A DNA stretch of 64,000 bases, taken from assembly GCF_002113885.1 (NCBI RefSeq), contig NW_018408899.1, positions 1,904,453 through 1,968,452 on the forward strand, in the 5' to 3' direction. The notes under the pieces are model-generated. The model made no database searches and had not been told where the DNA came from. It saw only the letters and a list, made by a program, of their open reading frames with translations. Each line of letters starts with the position of its first letter. Within the stretch, counting starts at the first letter, position 1. Positions 13,050 to 28,000 of the stretch are shown one piece after another. Source of the stretch: Mizuhopecten yessoensis. Taxonomy: Eukaryota. The translations under genes and the position numbers were made by a program.

Positions 13050-16000
13050 CTGAAATAGAACAAAACAAAAAATCTGTTTGAAAATTTGTAAAAATGTACA
13101 ATAAATACTTCATTACAAAGATTCTCGTAGCTTTTTTTTTTTTTTTTTTTTTTTGAACGTCCTATCTACAGCTAAGGTCATTTAATGACGTGCCTCTCTG
13201 TTTATTGTGCCTGCCTGCATGTGTGTCGGACACATGGTGTGTTGGGGCATTTACCTCCTTGCAAATAATGAGGATATGATGCTGTCTTTTGAGAGCTTAT
13301 CTTAAAAAAAATATGCCGAAGACACACAGCATTCCGACCAGCCACATTATACTGACAAGTCAACTAGTTGTTGCCATCAACCGAAATGCTTAATGTTAAG
13401 CAGTTAATAACAACTAACGTTTTTAAAGACTTTGGTATGTCCCAGCTAGGAGACGGAATCCAGTCTCTCCGAATGTTCAACACCAAAGCTAAAAGTGGCA
13501 AGAAACAGAAAGGGTTGGTAGGAGGTAGAAAGTGGAAAAAATGATCAAAAAAGATCAGTTTTGGTTGCTTCTGTGTCTCAAAATAGAGGGCACAAAATCA
13601 TATCCCCCGTTCTGCAAGGGGGTTCCACACATGTTGCTTACAGCACTGTTTAAGGAGATAACTCTCCAGACAGCATTATAAGAGAACTGTATCCCAGGAA
13701 AACACACACAATAGATACATATATCAAATGACTGTAAAGCTTGGGCACCTTGTATGGTGGCAATCGGCAAACCTTTAGAATATATGCCCCCTTCTTTGTT
13801 TCTGACATAAAAATTGGTCATTGGTTATATCATGACTAAGTTATCGATTCATATTTTCCATGAACTCTCCTAATACAGTCACAGCAAATTAAATCTGTTG
13901 CCTGTTTAATATTTGTATACGTTAACAGGCGGCGCAGCGAGGCATTTTGCTAACTCTGTCTTACAGTTACTAGCCGATTGAATCAACATGTCTTGACGAG
14001 GAAAGGGAGGGAAAGTAAATGGAAAGGCAAAGAGCCAATCATCCCGTGCCGGGCTTCAGGTCCCAGTCGGGCGTTTCCAAATTGTGCCTCTACAATGGAG
14101 TCTGGTTGAAAAGTATAGCACCTCTTGATAAGTATAGTATCCCCTAGTCAAAGGGAGGCAGAAAATTATGTTTTGTATGCAAACAGATAAAGGGCAATTA
14201 TCCAATCATTTTCCTAGAAATAATCATATGATTTACTAAATTACATCATAAAACAAGATCAAGTTACCTTACCTATAAAGACTAGTCTGTTGACCCTTTT
14301 CTCACCCTGTTGCCATGGTGACGCCCGGAATGTGTCATACAGTTCTCGCACAGCCTGGACCACAAGTTTGTTAGGGTCACCTGGTGTTGACAGCAGACCC
14401 TTAAAGCACAATTGTGAAAAACATTCCTGAACCTGTTTAAAATAAACAACATAAGACCATGCAAATACAAATGTTGACACCCCTGAATCTCTAATGTATA
14501 CAATATTCAACACTAAAAAATACAAAAGTGGACATAAGTTATAACCCTACCGTCCATCTGTATTACCTGTGTATGTATGATGAAGGATCCCTCTCCCACT
14601 GCACTGTGCTTTATCGTATAAACAGTGACTTAATTTCGTTTAAATATAACTGTAGCAAAGTTTGGCCAGACCAATTCCACTGACCAAGAAGCTTAGTCAG
14701 TTTGAGTAATAGTTTAATGATCTGAAATCCAGGGTTAAAATGCCGGTCTAGCCATGATGAATTTTTCAGAACACTGCTGTTGATTAAATTTTATTATTTT
14801 TTTCTTAATTTTTGTTCATAAAAGAACTGCAAGGTATGATTTTCTTTTCAGAAATGCCTAATCAAAGCTATATATAGTCGTGCTGGAAAATAAAAATTTT
14901 AATGAATAGTTACATTTTTTGACAGTGGTACGAAGACCCTTTAAATCAATGTCATGAGAATTACATTTAACAAAGCAGAATTTTTCCTGTCAAAGTAAAT
15001 ATTGCACATAATATCAGTGACTTGGTTAAAAAAAATCCTTGTTTTTCTTATAACAGTTACGAACAACAAAGATATGCCTTACATCTTGTTCATTACAAAA
15101 TGTAAAATGGGTTTATAAAAGAACATTTTCCACTCTCGGGTTATGATAGTATCATAATGCATAGTTGCCAATGGCGATTATTTTGCTTTGATACTTGATA
15201 TATTCCAATAAATGAATGCAAGCAATCAAAACGTTTGGATTTGAAACAACACAAAAATTGTGAATCTTAATACAGAAATTAAGTATTAACTGAGGTATCA
15301 ACTCCAACAACCCAGGTGGTGTATACAATGGTCTGGGATGGATGTTGCGGTATCTGTGATGTAGCATTCAAGTGAGGTGGCACTATTAAAGATGCCGATG
15401 GAAGCACAGTCCCACCACAAAACAGAACTAAATACATTTCCAGCATACACACAGGCATACACACATAGTGAGATATTAGCCAGGTGGCATAGGACTAGTA
15501 GTTAGCGCCTGATAAGGCAGCTCCTGCGAATTCCTCAAAATTGTATTGATTGATGTATATGCTTATTGTACTAATTGTTTATCTTTGTATACATACTATA
15601 AAGCACTTTAGAGTGGCTTATGTTAGCTAGATAGGGCACTATATCAACTGTTGTATATTATACATTATCATACCTTAAGGCGAAATATTTCAATGACCTG
15701 ACCGTTGGAGTCTTTGACCATTTTCTCCCACAGCAGATCCTGTAAAGATTTCTCCAGAAGCTTGGGATCAACATGTCCCTGGAACTCATAGGTCAAGGTC
15801 GTCACACTCTAAAAATAGGAAATCAGCACAAAATTCTATTAATTCATGTGTTGTCATTAGAACAGACATTGTGCATGCATGTTATTTTTCATACCTCAGA
15901 TAGATGGAATGAAAAAAGTTATTAGCACATCACGGCTGTGACCACAAAAGCAATGATTGCCATGAGCTCAAGATACTTTTGACAGCATATGAACTCTCAT

Positions 16001-19000
16001 TACCAGTGGTTGGAGTGTTAGTTGTACTCCTGGACCCTATTCATTGTAAGCCCTTTCTCATACTCAACCCCTAGTCTGTACTCCAGTTCAATCCTCAATT
16101 CAGATAAGAATATTACTTTTAAATTACTATTTATTTGTAGTGTTTACTTCTTAATCCAGTCCAAAAAATCATCAAACAAGTTACAAGAAGGATAATTTAG
16201 AAACAAAATTGAGTTTTGAGTGTATAAAATTGATCCTTGGTGAGAGCTGTATTAATAAAATCCCTGACGAGAACTATTGTGACTGTATCAATAAGGTTTT
16301 TAAATAAAAAACATCACATGATTGGCTTTCCTTTAAAATTGATTATCTTTTAATGTTGCGTTACATTACGTTAAAGTGTGTATGTGAAATATAACAGAAT
16401 GCAAACAAAATGCTATTAAAGAGATACCATCAGGCAATTCCCACTGCTGAGCACTTTATATACCTGTTTAAATACATTTTTCAGTTATTCTTCACTTATT
16501 CATTGATCTAACCAAAGTACAAAGTACTCCGTTATTAATGTTCCATTTAGTATCACGTTGGAAACAATTACCTGATCAATGACATGCTTGTTCTCCTGGG
16601 AAAATCCCCTTTGTGTAAAAACTTCTTCCATGCTGAGGGACACAAAAGAAGACAAATGTCATCAACATACATTAACAATTAACAATATAAAATTGTATTG
16701 TTATTTCACTGAACAAGTATTTGATTTGTTTATTTGGTTGTGTACCTTGTAGGTCGATCTACTGTCGATGATCTCACACAATTGTGTCTTGTTTGCAGAC
16801 AATTTGTACAACCTCACCCATATTCATTGTTGTCTACATCATAAAACAAATTGCCATGTTTTATAGCCAGGTTTCCAGTTTGTTGAAACAACTAATGGTT
16901 ATTGAGTGAAAGTCAGTGGAGAGTGTAAATATTTCATCATCCGCTATTGAATACAGAACCAAAATAATCCTCAAAACTGACAAAATGTGGTTAAAATGCT
17001 TTACTTTCAATCTAACTTATAAACGTTATGTTTATACAAGTTCACATAGTGTTAGTATACACACCTGTTTTTACTTTTTCCATCGTAAGAATTCAAATCC
17101 AAAATTTGATCTAGGTTGACTCTAAAATGAAATGAACAAAAACATATATGTCTCCTCTTCAACAACTCCTGTTTATATAATGGTTTGACATGCATGAAAG
17201 TGAATTTTCCAATTTAAGGATTTGCCTTTCGCAATAAATGTGGACAGATCGATCATGAACTCTTGATTTGAGTAGCTGTGCAAACCATGAACAAAGGCCT
17301 AATTTGGTTGAAAGTCTGTAAGTTAGATAAAAGAGAGAATATACCAGGTAACCAGGTACATGCTTATGAAATCTCCTAAATGTAGATATGCCTGGCCTTT
17401 GGGCTTCATCTTGATAAAACTTGTAAATATACATAATAAATGAGTTCTTAACACCTTCTTACTCATTTTAGTCAAATAATTATAAGTAGTTAACTCTCTG
17501 CCTCAGGTTAGTAGGAATGACCCCTCATGACTCCAGCTCTTTTAATCCCTCCTGACTCATTTGAGTTATTTTAATTCTTCCTGATTGGAATTAATTCAAG
17601 ACTCAACATGTGACTTAAGTGAGTTGGATTCTTGACTCAAGACAAGTTACACAACACCCCAACTCAAATGAGTCTAATATCCCTCCTGGTTCCAATCAGA
17701 TGACTCAGATGAGTCATTGACTTTTACAAACTAAATCCTTTTTGTTTTCCTTAGACATGGATATTACCTAGATCAAATGAATTAAGTTTGGGTAAGAAAC
17801 TTTGACTATATTAATTAACTAAATGATGTTTGGTACATAGTACATACTCTTTTAAATTGTTTTTCCTTTCTCATCCTATCTTTAAAACAGCTTCCTACCT
17901 TGACATAGAAGTCTCAATCATCTTTGCAAAGCCATTTATGTTTCTGAAATTAAAATGATTCACCAGTGTAATCGGATTCATTCAGAAACAATCTGCATTC
18001 AATCATCATCACTCGCTGTTAACACTTCAGTTCAAAGTTCAATGTAAAGTTTTGCCTTTTTTCATCCAATTGCATGTGCTTATCTAGTCACTTAAAACAG
18101 GAAGAGGTATACTTGTCATTAAATTGAATATAAAATAAGAGTTTATCTCCAGAACCATAGAGACATAGATAAATATATAGAAAGCCAGCCAGATGAAACT
18201 TAACCAGTAAATAAATATTTACACAAGAAGCATCATAAATAAACTAAAACCAAATCAACTGAATCATTCACAGATCAAATTATATTGCTGTGAATTAACA
18301 TAAGGTTGAAGTATGTAAAAGGACAGGAAAAACACAATGGCCAGATCAGAATTCAAACCTGGCACCTCTAAACTATGGGAAGATGCCCTAACCTATTGAG
18401 CTACCTGGTTGCCAGTAATCGACCCTGTCAGTTCTGCTACATTCCACCTCCGTCAACAAAGTGTTCTACTCCAAAGACATACAAGACCCTATACATTGTA
18501 CCATCTTCGATAGGTGAATAGTTGGGCGCCAAATGTAACTGGAAAGGAAAATGCAACAGCCAGACTGGGATTCGAAAAAGGGACCTCTGAAATCCAGACA
18601 GAAACTCTATTCAATTGAGCTACCTATAGTCACTGGTAATCAACCTAGTCCAGTCCTGCTACAAAGTGTTAGACGTGACATATAATATATTCTAAAAATT
18701 TTAAATTTGATCTGATGAACAAACCTGATCTGTTGCTTCAGAGAGTCCAACTCTATATCAGAGATGAGGTCCGTTTTATTTAATACAATAATATCAGCCA
18801 AGGCAATCTGTCTGCAAAAGAAAGTTGATGAGTGTCAAAAGTAAAAGGGTTGCAGGCTTAATGATTCATGAAGTCATACCCAAAATGCTTTATTTCTCCA
18901 ATACATCACAGGTGCGTTACAGTTTTTGTTCGGAAAAAGATAAAATTGTCTTGTACGCAGCGTGACAAAGATCTTGTTGTAAATTTTGTCGCATATTTCA

Positions 19001-22000
19001 TTCATCCTTGATGCAGGCCCAGTGCACTGCACCATAATAACTTCAATTTACCATGGAAAGTATTAGAGAAACATAATCTACATGTATCATTCCTGTATGA
19101 TGCAGACAGAGAAATTCTGTGTCAGATTTAAATACTCCTCAGAAGCCCTGTTCTAAACTAAACAAGAGATCCCAGAGGGATCTTGGCGCCCACCATTATA
19201 CCATCTTCATTAGTTCTTTGTCAGTTCGATCTTTTCTCTTTTTTTTCTCTAATCTGTTTGATCGAGTCATGTTAACAGTAAATTCACCTTGAGGTAACTT
19301 TTGATCTAAACCTAATACTGCTGTGTATAAAAGACAACCTTCAAAGTGAATTTGTCATTTCATATATTTACTTAAAAGTACAGTACTTAATGTGAAAGAA
19401 ATAGAACTGATCATTGTAATATGAGAAAGATCCGGGGGGGGGGGGGGGGGTTTTCTTCCTTCGGGCATTTGTTTCTATGATCAGTCTCAAAATATAACAT
19501 GCACAACGAGGGATCACGGGGAACCTACAGAAATAGCACTAAATGTCAAAAATCGAAGATGGCCGCCGGGAAATAGCACTAACAAACCTTAACTGTCAAA
19601 ATCAAAGATTTGTTTATCCGATCAGTCTCATAAGAAGACATGCACAACTACATACCAAGGGGAACCTACATGTTAAATTTGAGAAAGATCTTTCCAGTAC
19701 TTATAGAGAAATAGCGATAACAAACCTTCACTGTAAAAATCCAAGATGGCTGCCTGTCGGCCATTTTGTTTAATTGATTTCTCAAAATTAAACATGCACA
19801 ACAACAGATCAAGGGAGTCTACATAACAAATTTGGGAAAGATCCCTAAAGTACTTCCTGAGAAATAGCGATAACAAACCTTTAACGTCACAACCCAAGAT
19901 GGTGGCCTGTCAGCCATTTTGTTTATTCGATCAGTCTCAAACTTAAACATGCACAACTGCATACCAAGGGGAACCTACATATAAAATTTGAGAAAGGTCT
20001 CTATAATACTTCCTGAGAAATATCGATAACAAGAATTGTTTAAGGTCGGACGATTGACGACTGACCGCGAACCACGGACGCAGGGCGATTTGAATAGCCC
20101 AGCCCACCATCATCTGATGGTGGCCTAAAAAGCTTACTCTACATTTGAGCTATCTCTGTCTTTATCACAAGGGGTGATAGATTCTGTCAATCCATATATG
20201 GACTATTCTGCGGTATATTATCAGGCCCTGTATGTTACACGACACAGGCCTAGGGGGGATGGGGGGCAAGATTTATCGGACGATTAACAAATGGTACTGG
20301 TAACCGTAGTGATTTTTAACAATTTCAAATAATTTATCACTTTGTCATAAAAACACAAAAGCATGCATTTCCCACAAATTTTACCGGACATCATTTTTTG
20401 GTAAACACCATCCATTGTTCTTTCCCTATCAGTGCTTAATTCCTTTACTAATGATTAAAACGAACTTAGTTCTATAAAATGTTGTTGATCAGACCTATAT
20501 TACACATCAAGTTTAGTAAAATATAAAACTATCATCTGATGTTCTATACCTTGTTGCTTCATTCACAGATCCATCTTCCTTTTTCTCCTTCAGATGCTGT
20601 AAATGCCACAAGTGGAATGTTAAATCAACTGGTATATTTGCAACTACATGTAACACCACATTGGCATAAAATTAAAACTCTTATAATGAAATTGTAAAAA
20701 GTGCAATTTTCCCAACTATACTTTTGTTGTCAATCTTTTCAATTTTCAATAACCAGCACACTGATTCTATTTCTTTAAAATCTGAATATGAATATTTTGA
20801 GAATTTAAACCTCCTATTACATACCTGACTGCAGTATTTGCCATCAACCATAGTGATAATACCTGAAAATGGAGAGAAAAAGTAACTAACAACAAGACAC
20901 CCAAATGCCTTAAAAACCTCATCTCGTATTTTTTTATCTGAAATATTTAAAATATGATACATGTATATACATTGTATAAGAATGATAAAGGTTTGGCAAC
21001 AGGGGCATAACTCCCAAAGAAATATCTGGAACCATTTTTTTTTAAAACCTGGTTAACATTGATTTACCTGTGCTCAAGGAGTAGGATTTTGACAATTTAA
21101 CTCTATTTTAATGGGCCCCACCCCTAAAATCCTCCATTTATACAATGTTGAGTCTCCTTGGCACAATGGTGCTCCAAACCAAAAACCAAACTAGAACTGT
21201 AAGCCAAAGGCTAACTTATACCCCCCCCCCCCAAATTTGCCCATTAGTTTTAGGGAGGTTGATTGGGCAAGCAGTTTTCAACAAAGGGCAATGACTCCTT
21301 AAAGAAGGGTCAAACTGAAAAAAAATAACACCTGGATGCACAACATCCGGTGGTAGTTATGATCCTATCTGAAAACTTTCATTGATATTGGCCCAGTAGT
21401 TTTCGAGAGGTTGTCCGGGCAAGCATTTTTCAACAAAGGGACATAACTCTGTAAAGAAGGGTCAGAATGAAAAAATAATACATGGATGCACAACTTCAGG
21501 TGGTATACCATATCTTGAAACTTTCATTGAAATTGATCCATAACTTTAGAAGGATTTGTCCGGACAAAAAGTTATAGGATTTTTTCAACAAGGCGCCATA
21601 ACTTCGTTAAAAACGGTCAAAATGAAAAAAGGAGGTGTCCGGACAAACTTTATCTACGGACAAGACAAACGGACGGACAAGCTGATTCATGTCCTGCTGG
21701 GTGTCTTAGGCAGTATGTTTCAGTGAGGTAGCACTATAAAGTCGGCATCAGTTCCGCGCTATCACAGTGAGACAAACACGAACATACCGCAGCCTCCCAA
21801 GACACAGCCATACACTACATGCAAGCATCTTGCACACAGGGGAGGCCCTCCTTAAATGACCATAGCTGTTGATAGGATGTTAACAATACTTAACCAAACC
21901 AATCACAGAACAATGAGTAGCATTTGTTGGCATTTCTACCAACTTGCAATAGATACAGGAGTGCTGGATTAATATGGTAAACATAACTAATGCTTTCTAC

Positions 22001-25000
22001 AAGTGACAGGGTGATGTTCTTAAAGAAATAAAATTGAGGACAAACACAATTTGCAGCAGAATATTTATTTAATACGCTAGATATATGTTGTATATGGAAT
22101 TTGTTAGGGTGTGAAAGAAGTATGTTTTGTGTTCTTGTCCTGTACTCTATTTGCAAGTATTTTATTTTCCCATTGCCCTTCCTATTTATTTATTTATTGT
22201 TTGACTGATGGATGTTGAATGAGGACCCTCCTGTGTGAGGACACCATATTGTTCAAGGGCTCCCCAACCCTGGTATCCACTATCAAAATATTTGTATATG
22301 TATATATATATATCTTCTGCGAAGCAGTATATGTATATATATATACATATTTATGAAAAAAATGTCTGGAGGAATAAAAATATTTGTAAATCCATGCACA
22401 TACTCTGCCAATCATCGCTCCTCAGAGACTGGGCTCTACTCAAGCGTATAGTAGGCCAATCATGGCTCCTTATATAGACTGGGCTCAATCCATACATGTA
22501 TGTATCGTCTGCCAGACATGGCTCCTTAAAGACAGGTTTCTTTTTATATAATCTGTCAAACATGGCTCCTTAAAGACCAGGCTTTATCCATCAGTTTAGT
22601 CTGCCAAACATGGCTCCTAAGAGACTAGGCTCTATCCATGTGTATATAGTCTACCAATCATGGTCCCTTCGAGACTGGGCTCCATCTGTGTGTGTAAAGT
22701 CTACCAATCATAGTCCCTTAGAGACTGGGCTCCATTCGTGTGTATATAGTCTACCAATCAGACAGAGTCCCTTAGAGACTGGGCTCCATCCATGTGTTTA
22801 TAGTCTACCAATCATGGTCTCTTAGACACTGGGCTCTATCCATGTGTATAGTCTGCCAATCATAGTCCCTTAGAGACTGGACTCTATCCATGTGTTTATA
22901 GTCTACCAATCATGGTCCCTTAGAGACTGTGCTCTATTCGTGTGTATATAGTCTACCAATCATAGTCCCTTAGAGACTGGACTCTATCCATGTGTATATA
23001 GTCTACCAATCATGGTCCCTCAGAGACTGGACTCTATCCATGTGTTTATAGTCTACCAATCATGGTCCCTTAGAGACTGGACTATATCCATGTGTTTATA
23101 GTCTACCAATCATAGTCCCTTAAAGACTGGACTCTATCCATGTGTATATAGTCTACCAATCATGGTCCCTTAGAGACTGGACTCTATCCATGTGTTTATA
23201 GTCTACCAATCATGGTCCCTTAGAGACTGGACTCTATCCATGTGTTTATAGTCTACCAATCACGGTCCCTTAGAGACTGGACTCTATCCATGCAATTAAT
23301 CGTCCAATCATGGCTTTTCAGAGGCTGCGCTTTACCATGTGTACAGCCTGCCAAACATTGCTCCTCAGAGACTTGGCTCTTTCCATGTGTATTGTATTCA
23401 AAGCATGGCCCCTTAGAGTCTGGGTTCTGTCCATGAGTACAGTCAGCCAAACATCGCTCCTCAGAGACTTGGCTCTATCCATGTAGATACATGCATGTAG
23501 TCTGCCAATCATGGTTCCTCAGATGGTCTCTGTCCATGTGTTAAATCTGCCAAACATTGCTCCTTCAAGACTTGGCTCTATCCATGAGTAAAGTCTGCCA
23601 AACATGGCTCCTTAGAGACTGAGCTCAACCATCCATATAGTTTGTAAAACATGGCTCCTTAGAAACTGGGTTGTCCATGCATATAGTCCGCCAGACATAT
23701 CCCTAAAGACTGAGCTCTATCGAAAGGTATAGTCTGCCAAACATGTTTCTTAAGAGACTAGGACCATCCATGTGTAAAGTCTGCTACCTTAGAATCAATA
23801 CATGTGTGATCATGTAAAACATTACTCCTCAGAGACTTGGCTCTATCCGCACATATAATATGCAAATCATTGCTCCTTAAAGACTGAGCTGTATCCAAAT
23901 GTAAAATCTGCCAAACATGGCATCTTACAGACTGGGTTCTGTCTATAGGTACAGTCAGTCAAACATTGTACCTTGGAGACTTGGCTTTATCCATGCGTAT
24001 GTTTTTCCGAAAATGGCTCCTTAGAGACTGGGTTCTTTCCATGTGCATATAGTTTGCCAAACATGGTACCTCAGACACTGGGTACTATCCATAGGTAACG
24101 TCTGCTAAACATGGCTCCTAATTAAACAGGGATGGAGATTAGGATTCATCCCTGCATATGATATGTAAATCATGTTTCCTAAGAAACTGGGCTCTATCAT
24201 CATGTCATACCAACATGCGTTCACTAATGACATATTTCATCGCCAAATAGCCATGTAACTGATTTTACACGTCAGATAGGTATATATTATAAGGAAAGGT
24301 ATATTAAACTCTAGCCTCATGATCCCCATTACCAGTAATAGGATGCCCCAATATAAGCGGTTGTATGGACACCATGCAGTTGAAAATTCAGTGCTTCGCA
24401 TGAAAACCAATTAAAGGTTTAATGAATGTTACAGCAAATGTGAATCATTTCAACATATCCATCAATTAAAAACATAAATGGGGAGGATAGTCTCCTGTTA
24501 GCTCAGATGAATAAGTCGATCAGAATCAATATCACTGACTTATTACACAAGGGAGACGGCAATGCAAATGATTAACTATTGTCGGTCAAAGATAATTAAA
24601 CTGGTATTTATTATTTACTTTGAAGCATATTTCCTGACAATATCTTACATTTGAACCAAATGATTGGATTAGGCAATCACATGTCCAAAGGATGGGTCTA
24701 TACGTATGCTGTTTTCAGACATAACTAATAGATGGACAAATCTATCCGTGCCTGCTTCATGTTATTTATACCCAGCAAGTCATTCATATTGAATGAACTC
24801 ATAGATTGACAATTGTTTGCAATAACAGATCTCTTGACAACTTAAAACGGTGACAGCATACACAACAGGTGTTAACTACGAAACATTTAGGAAACGTTTC
24901 AGTGCTCTAAAGAACAGACCAAGTGATACATTGATGCACATATAGGCTGTTATTCTGTAGGAAGTGTATTTATGTACAGTGAACAACAGTACATGTATGT

Positions 25001-28000
25001 CGAGCCATGTTCCGAGTACCTTACATCATGTTCATGGTAGTCTGTCTACATATCATCAGTGCTAATACGATGGACGACGTGAAAACATTGCTGGCGGACC
25101 TGATGGGGAACTATTCGGTGGAGGTTCGACCTGTAAAGGACCAGAGTATGCCGGTATATGTTGATGTCGGCATGAGTCTCATATCCATCAATGACTTCAA
25201 TGAAGTGACCGGAGTTATTTCAGTTGTTGCTGTTATATCTATTTCTTGGAGGGATGAAAGTCTGGTGTGGAATCCCTGGAGTTATAACAATACAACACTT
25301 CTAACATTTTCACAAAAACAAATATGGGTTCCAAAAATGTACTTGGTGAACCCAGCAAGTGAGTTTAAACCCATCAGCAATAAGCATTTTAAAGTCACTG
25401 TATTAGCCAATGGTTTTGTTAATTGGGCCCCTGGAGGGGTACTTCAAGCCACTTGTACACCTGATGTTTCTAAATTCCCATTTGATGTACAGACATGCAC
25501 AATTTTACTAAATTCATATGGATACGGTACAACACAGGTTTCTCTGACCACGCAGGTACCAACGATTAATTTCAGTTTCTTCTCAACTAACACTGCCTGG
25601 GACATTATATCAACTAAAACCATCGTAAACTCGATCATAGTCACCGATATTGCTTCATTTTCCATCACCATGAGCAGGAGACCGTTGAACTTCATAGTCA
25701 GTGTTGTGATCCCAATCATCATGTTGTCTCTGGTCAATCCGTTTGTATTCATTCTACCGTTCAATTACGGTGAACGAACGTCGTACAGTATCACAGTTCT
25801 TCTAGCGTTCACGGTGTATATGACAGTGGTAAGTGACAGGATGCCGGCCTCATCCGATCCAATCTCCCAGTTATCGTACTATCTACTCTCAATGCTTGGT
25901 CTTAGTGTTCTTATCGTAACCATGAATATATTTCAAATCAGAACATACAGCAAAGATGACAACCAGGAGCCAGTTCCACAGTGGATGAAGAAGTTTGTGA
26001 TGAATTGCAAGAAAATTTGCCAAAGGGGCAAAGCGGATAGCAAATTTAAACTGCAACAGGACATAAAACAAACTTCAAGCAGAAATGAACCTGTCAAAAA
26101 CAACAAAATCATTCGTTTACATTCAATCGATGAGACAGATATTGCAAGCAAACAAGCAACTCCAAAAGAAAACGACGGAAGTCAAACTGACTCATTACAG
26201 CACGAAAACGTCACTTGGCATACTATTGCTCAATATACAGACAAAGCTTATTTTGTTGCATTTTTGGTTTTCACGGGTGTTTCATCTTTGGGATATTTCA
26301 TGGGAGTTATCATGTGAATTATTTCTGAATTATTCACTTGATTGTACTGCTGCTGGTATATTTTGTGTTTTGAAAACTACATGTTTTAATTCATCAAAGT
26401 AACAATTGTTATTTTGAAGAAATGTGTTGTGGAACAAAATAGTTATTCATAACCCTGTTTCTACAGTGAAGCTGACAGGGCACAAATTAAACACAGAGTA
26501 GATGTATGTGTTAAATGTATTGATAAGGTTTTATCAGATCTTTGTTTTTTACAATACGGGATAGAAGAAGATTGGTTAACAAATTGGTATTCGCAGGAAA
26601 AGGAGGAAGGGAATTATAGGAACTATAATGATCCCTCACATGATATGTGTAATTATTAATGTTGAAATAAATTTCGTGGAGCACGCAGATATACAATTTC
26701 CCAACAGGAATTAACACATTCACCAAGGAACTCATTCGGGGATTGTGTGACAGACAGTTAAACATTCAAATGGATATTTCATTACATAGACCAAATCAAT
26801 GGAAATCAGTTTAGACGTTAAAATGTGATGCTATGCTTTATTTAATGAGTTATGTATAATTATTTTAATCATATCGTCATATTACCACCAGAAAATCATT
26901 TACAATTATAGCAATAGCTAGGATGAAGTCTCTTGATGATAAAATGGGATCATAAATAAAATCAATCTTGACAATGTTTATTATAACAAGAGGCCCATAC
27001 CGAGTCTATACACATACACATCTATTTGTCATGTATATGATGCCCTAAGCAAACATATCACTCTCTCTGTCTTGTACATGACATCTTAAAAACACATACA
27101 ACTCTCTCAAGACTTGGCTCTTTCTACCCGTTTTGTTTAACAAACATGTCTCTAAAAGGCTTGGCTCTATATATTCGTACAGTCTGTCAAAAATGGCTCC
27201 TTAGAGACTCGGCTCTATCTATCCATAAAGTCTGTCAAACATGACTCCTTAGAGACTCGGCTCTATCCATGCATATAGTCTGTGAAACAAGATTCCTAGT
27301 CTCTGTCTTGTAAGGGTCTTAATTTTTGATACCATCAAGATGTTATTCCGTAATGAAAATTCTAATTGAATTTGAATAAATTTCAAACAACAGTTATTGA
27401 TAAAATATTCTAGCCTATTGTTAAGAATAATCTACAGAAGAGGATTTGTTTTTGAAACCTTGGCCTATTGGTCACAAATCGGTACTGCCATTCTGGCCAT
27501 GACGAATGCGAAAAACAATGATGGTAAAATTAGGTTGTCTTTGGTCATATAGATGCAAGCAGCTGCCTTTCTCACATTCGGTTCCTGAGCTTTTTTGAAA
27601 AAACAATGTTAACAAGTAAATTGCTTGCAGACAGATGAAGCAATAGGACAGACAAAAGACAACCATGATAGGTCACACGTGACCTCATCTCAGGGGACGT
27701 TAAAATCTGTGTTAAGGATACCCATCAAATTTACAACACAAAACCTATCAACGATAGTCAGTCAACTTTAGAAAGCTTATTTTCATGTGTATGCTTGGTG
27801 TTTAAAACTTTGTAAATAACTACATACTGTAACTGATCTGCCAATAATCATGTACACAGACTATCCTAGGGAGTTGTACAGCAGGTATTTTCCAGTTTAT
27901 TTCGTTTATTTCACATTCAGTTTGTCATGATTACATTCACATCAAAAACTGTATATACGTCATGAATTATCAGATTTGATAATCATCATGTCATACCAAT

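Noticed and set aside
14583-14943. Possible Kolobok-like MITE
   Set aside because: Terminal inverted repeats too degenerate to support by eye.
17450-17720. Cluster of gactca/tgagt motifs (AP-1-like)
   Set aside because: Looks like a degenerate short repeat; no independent evidence of regulatory function.
25444-26151. Antisense ORFs over the receptor genes (also 34003-34731)
   Set aside because: Shadow ORFs of the real plus-strand CDS.
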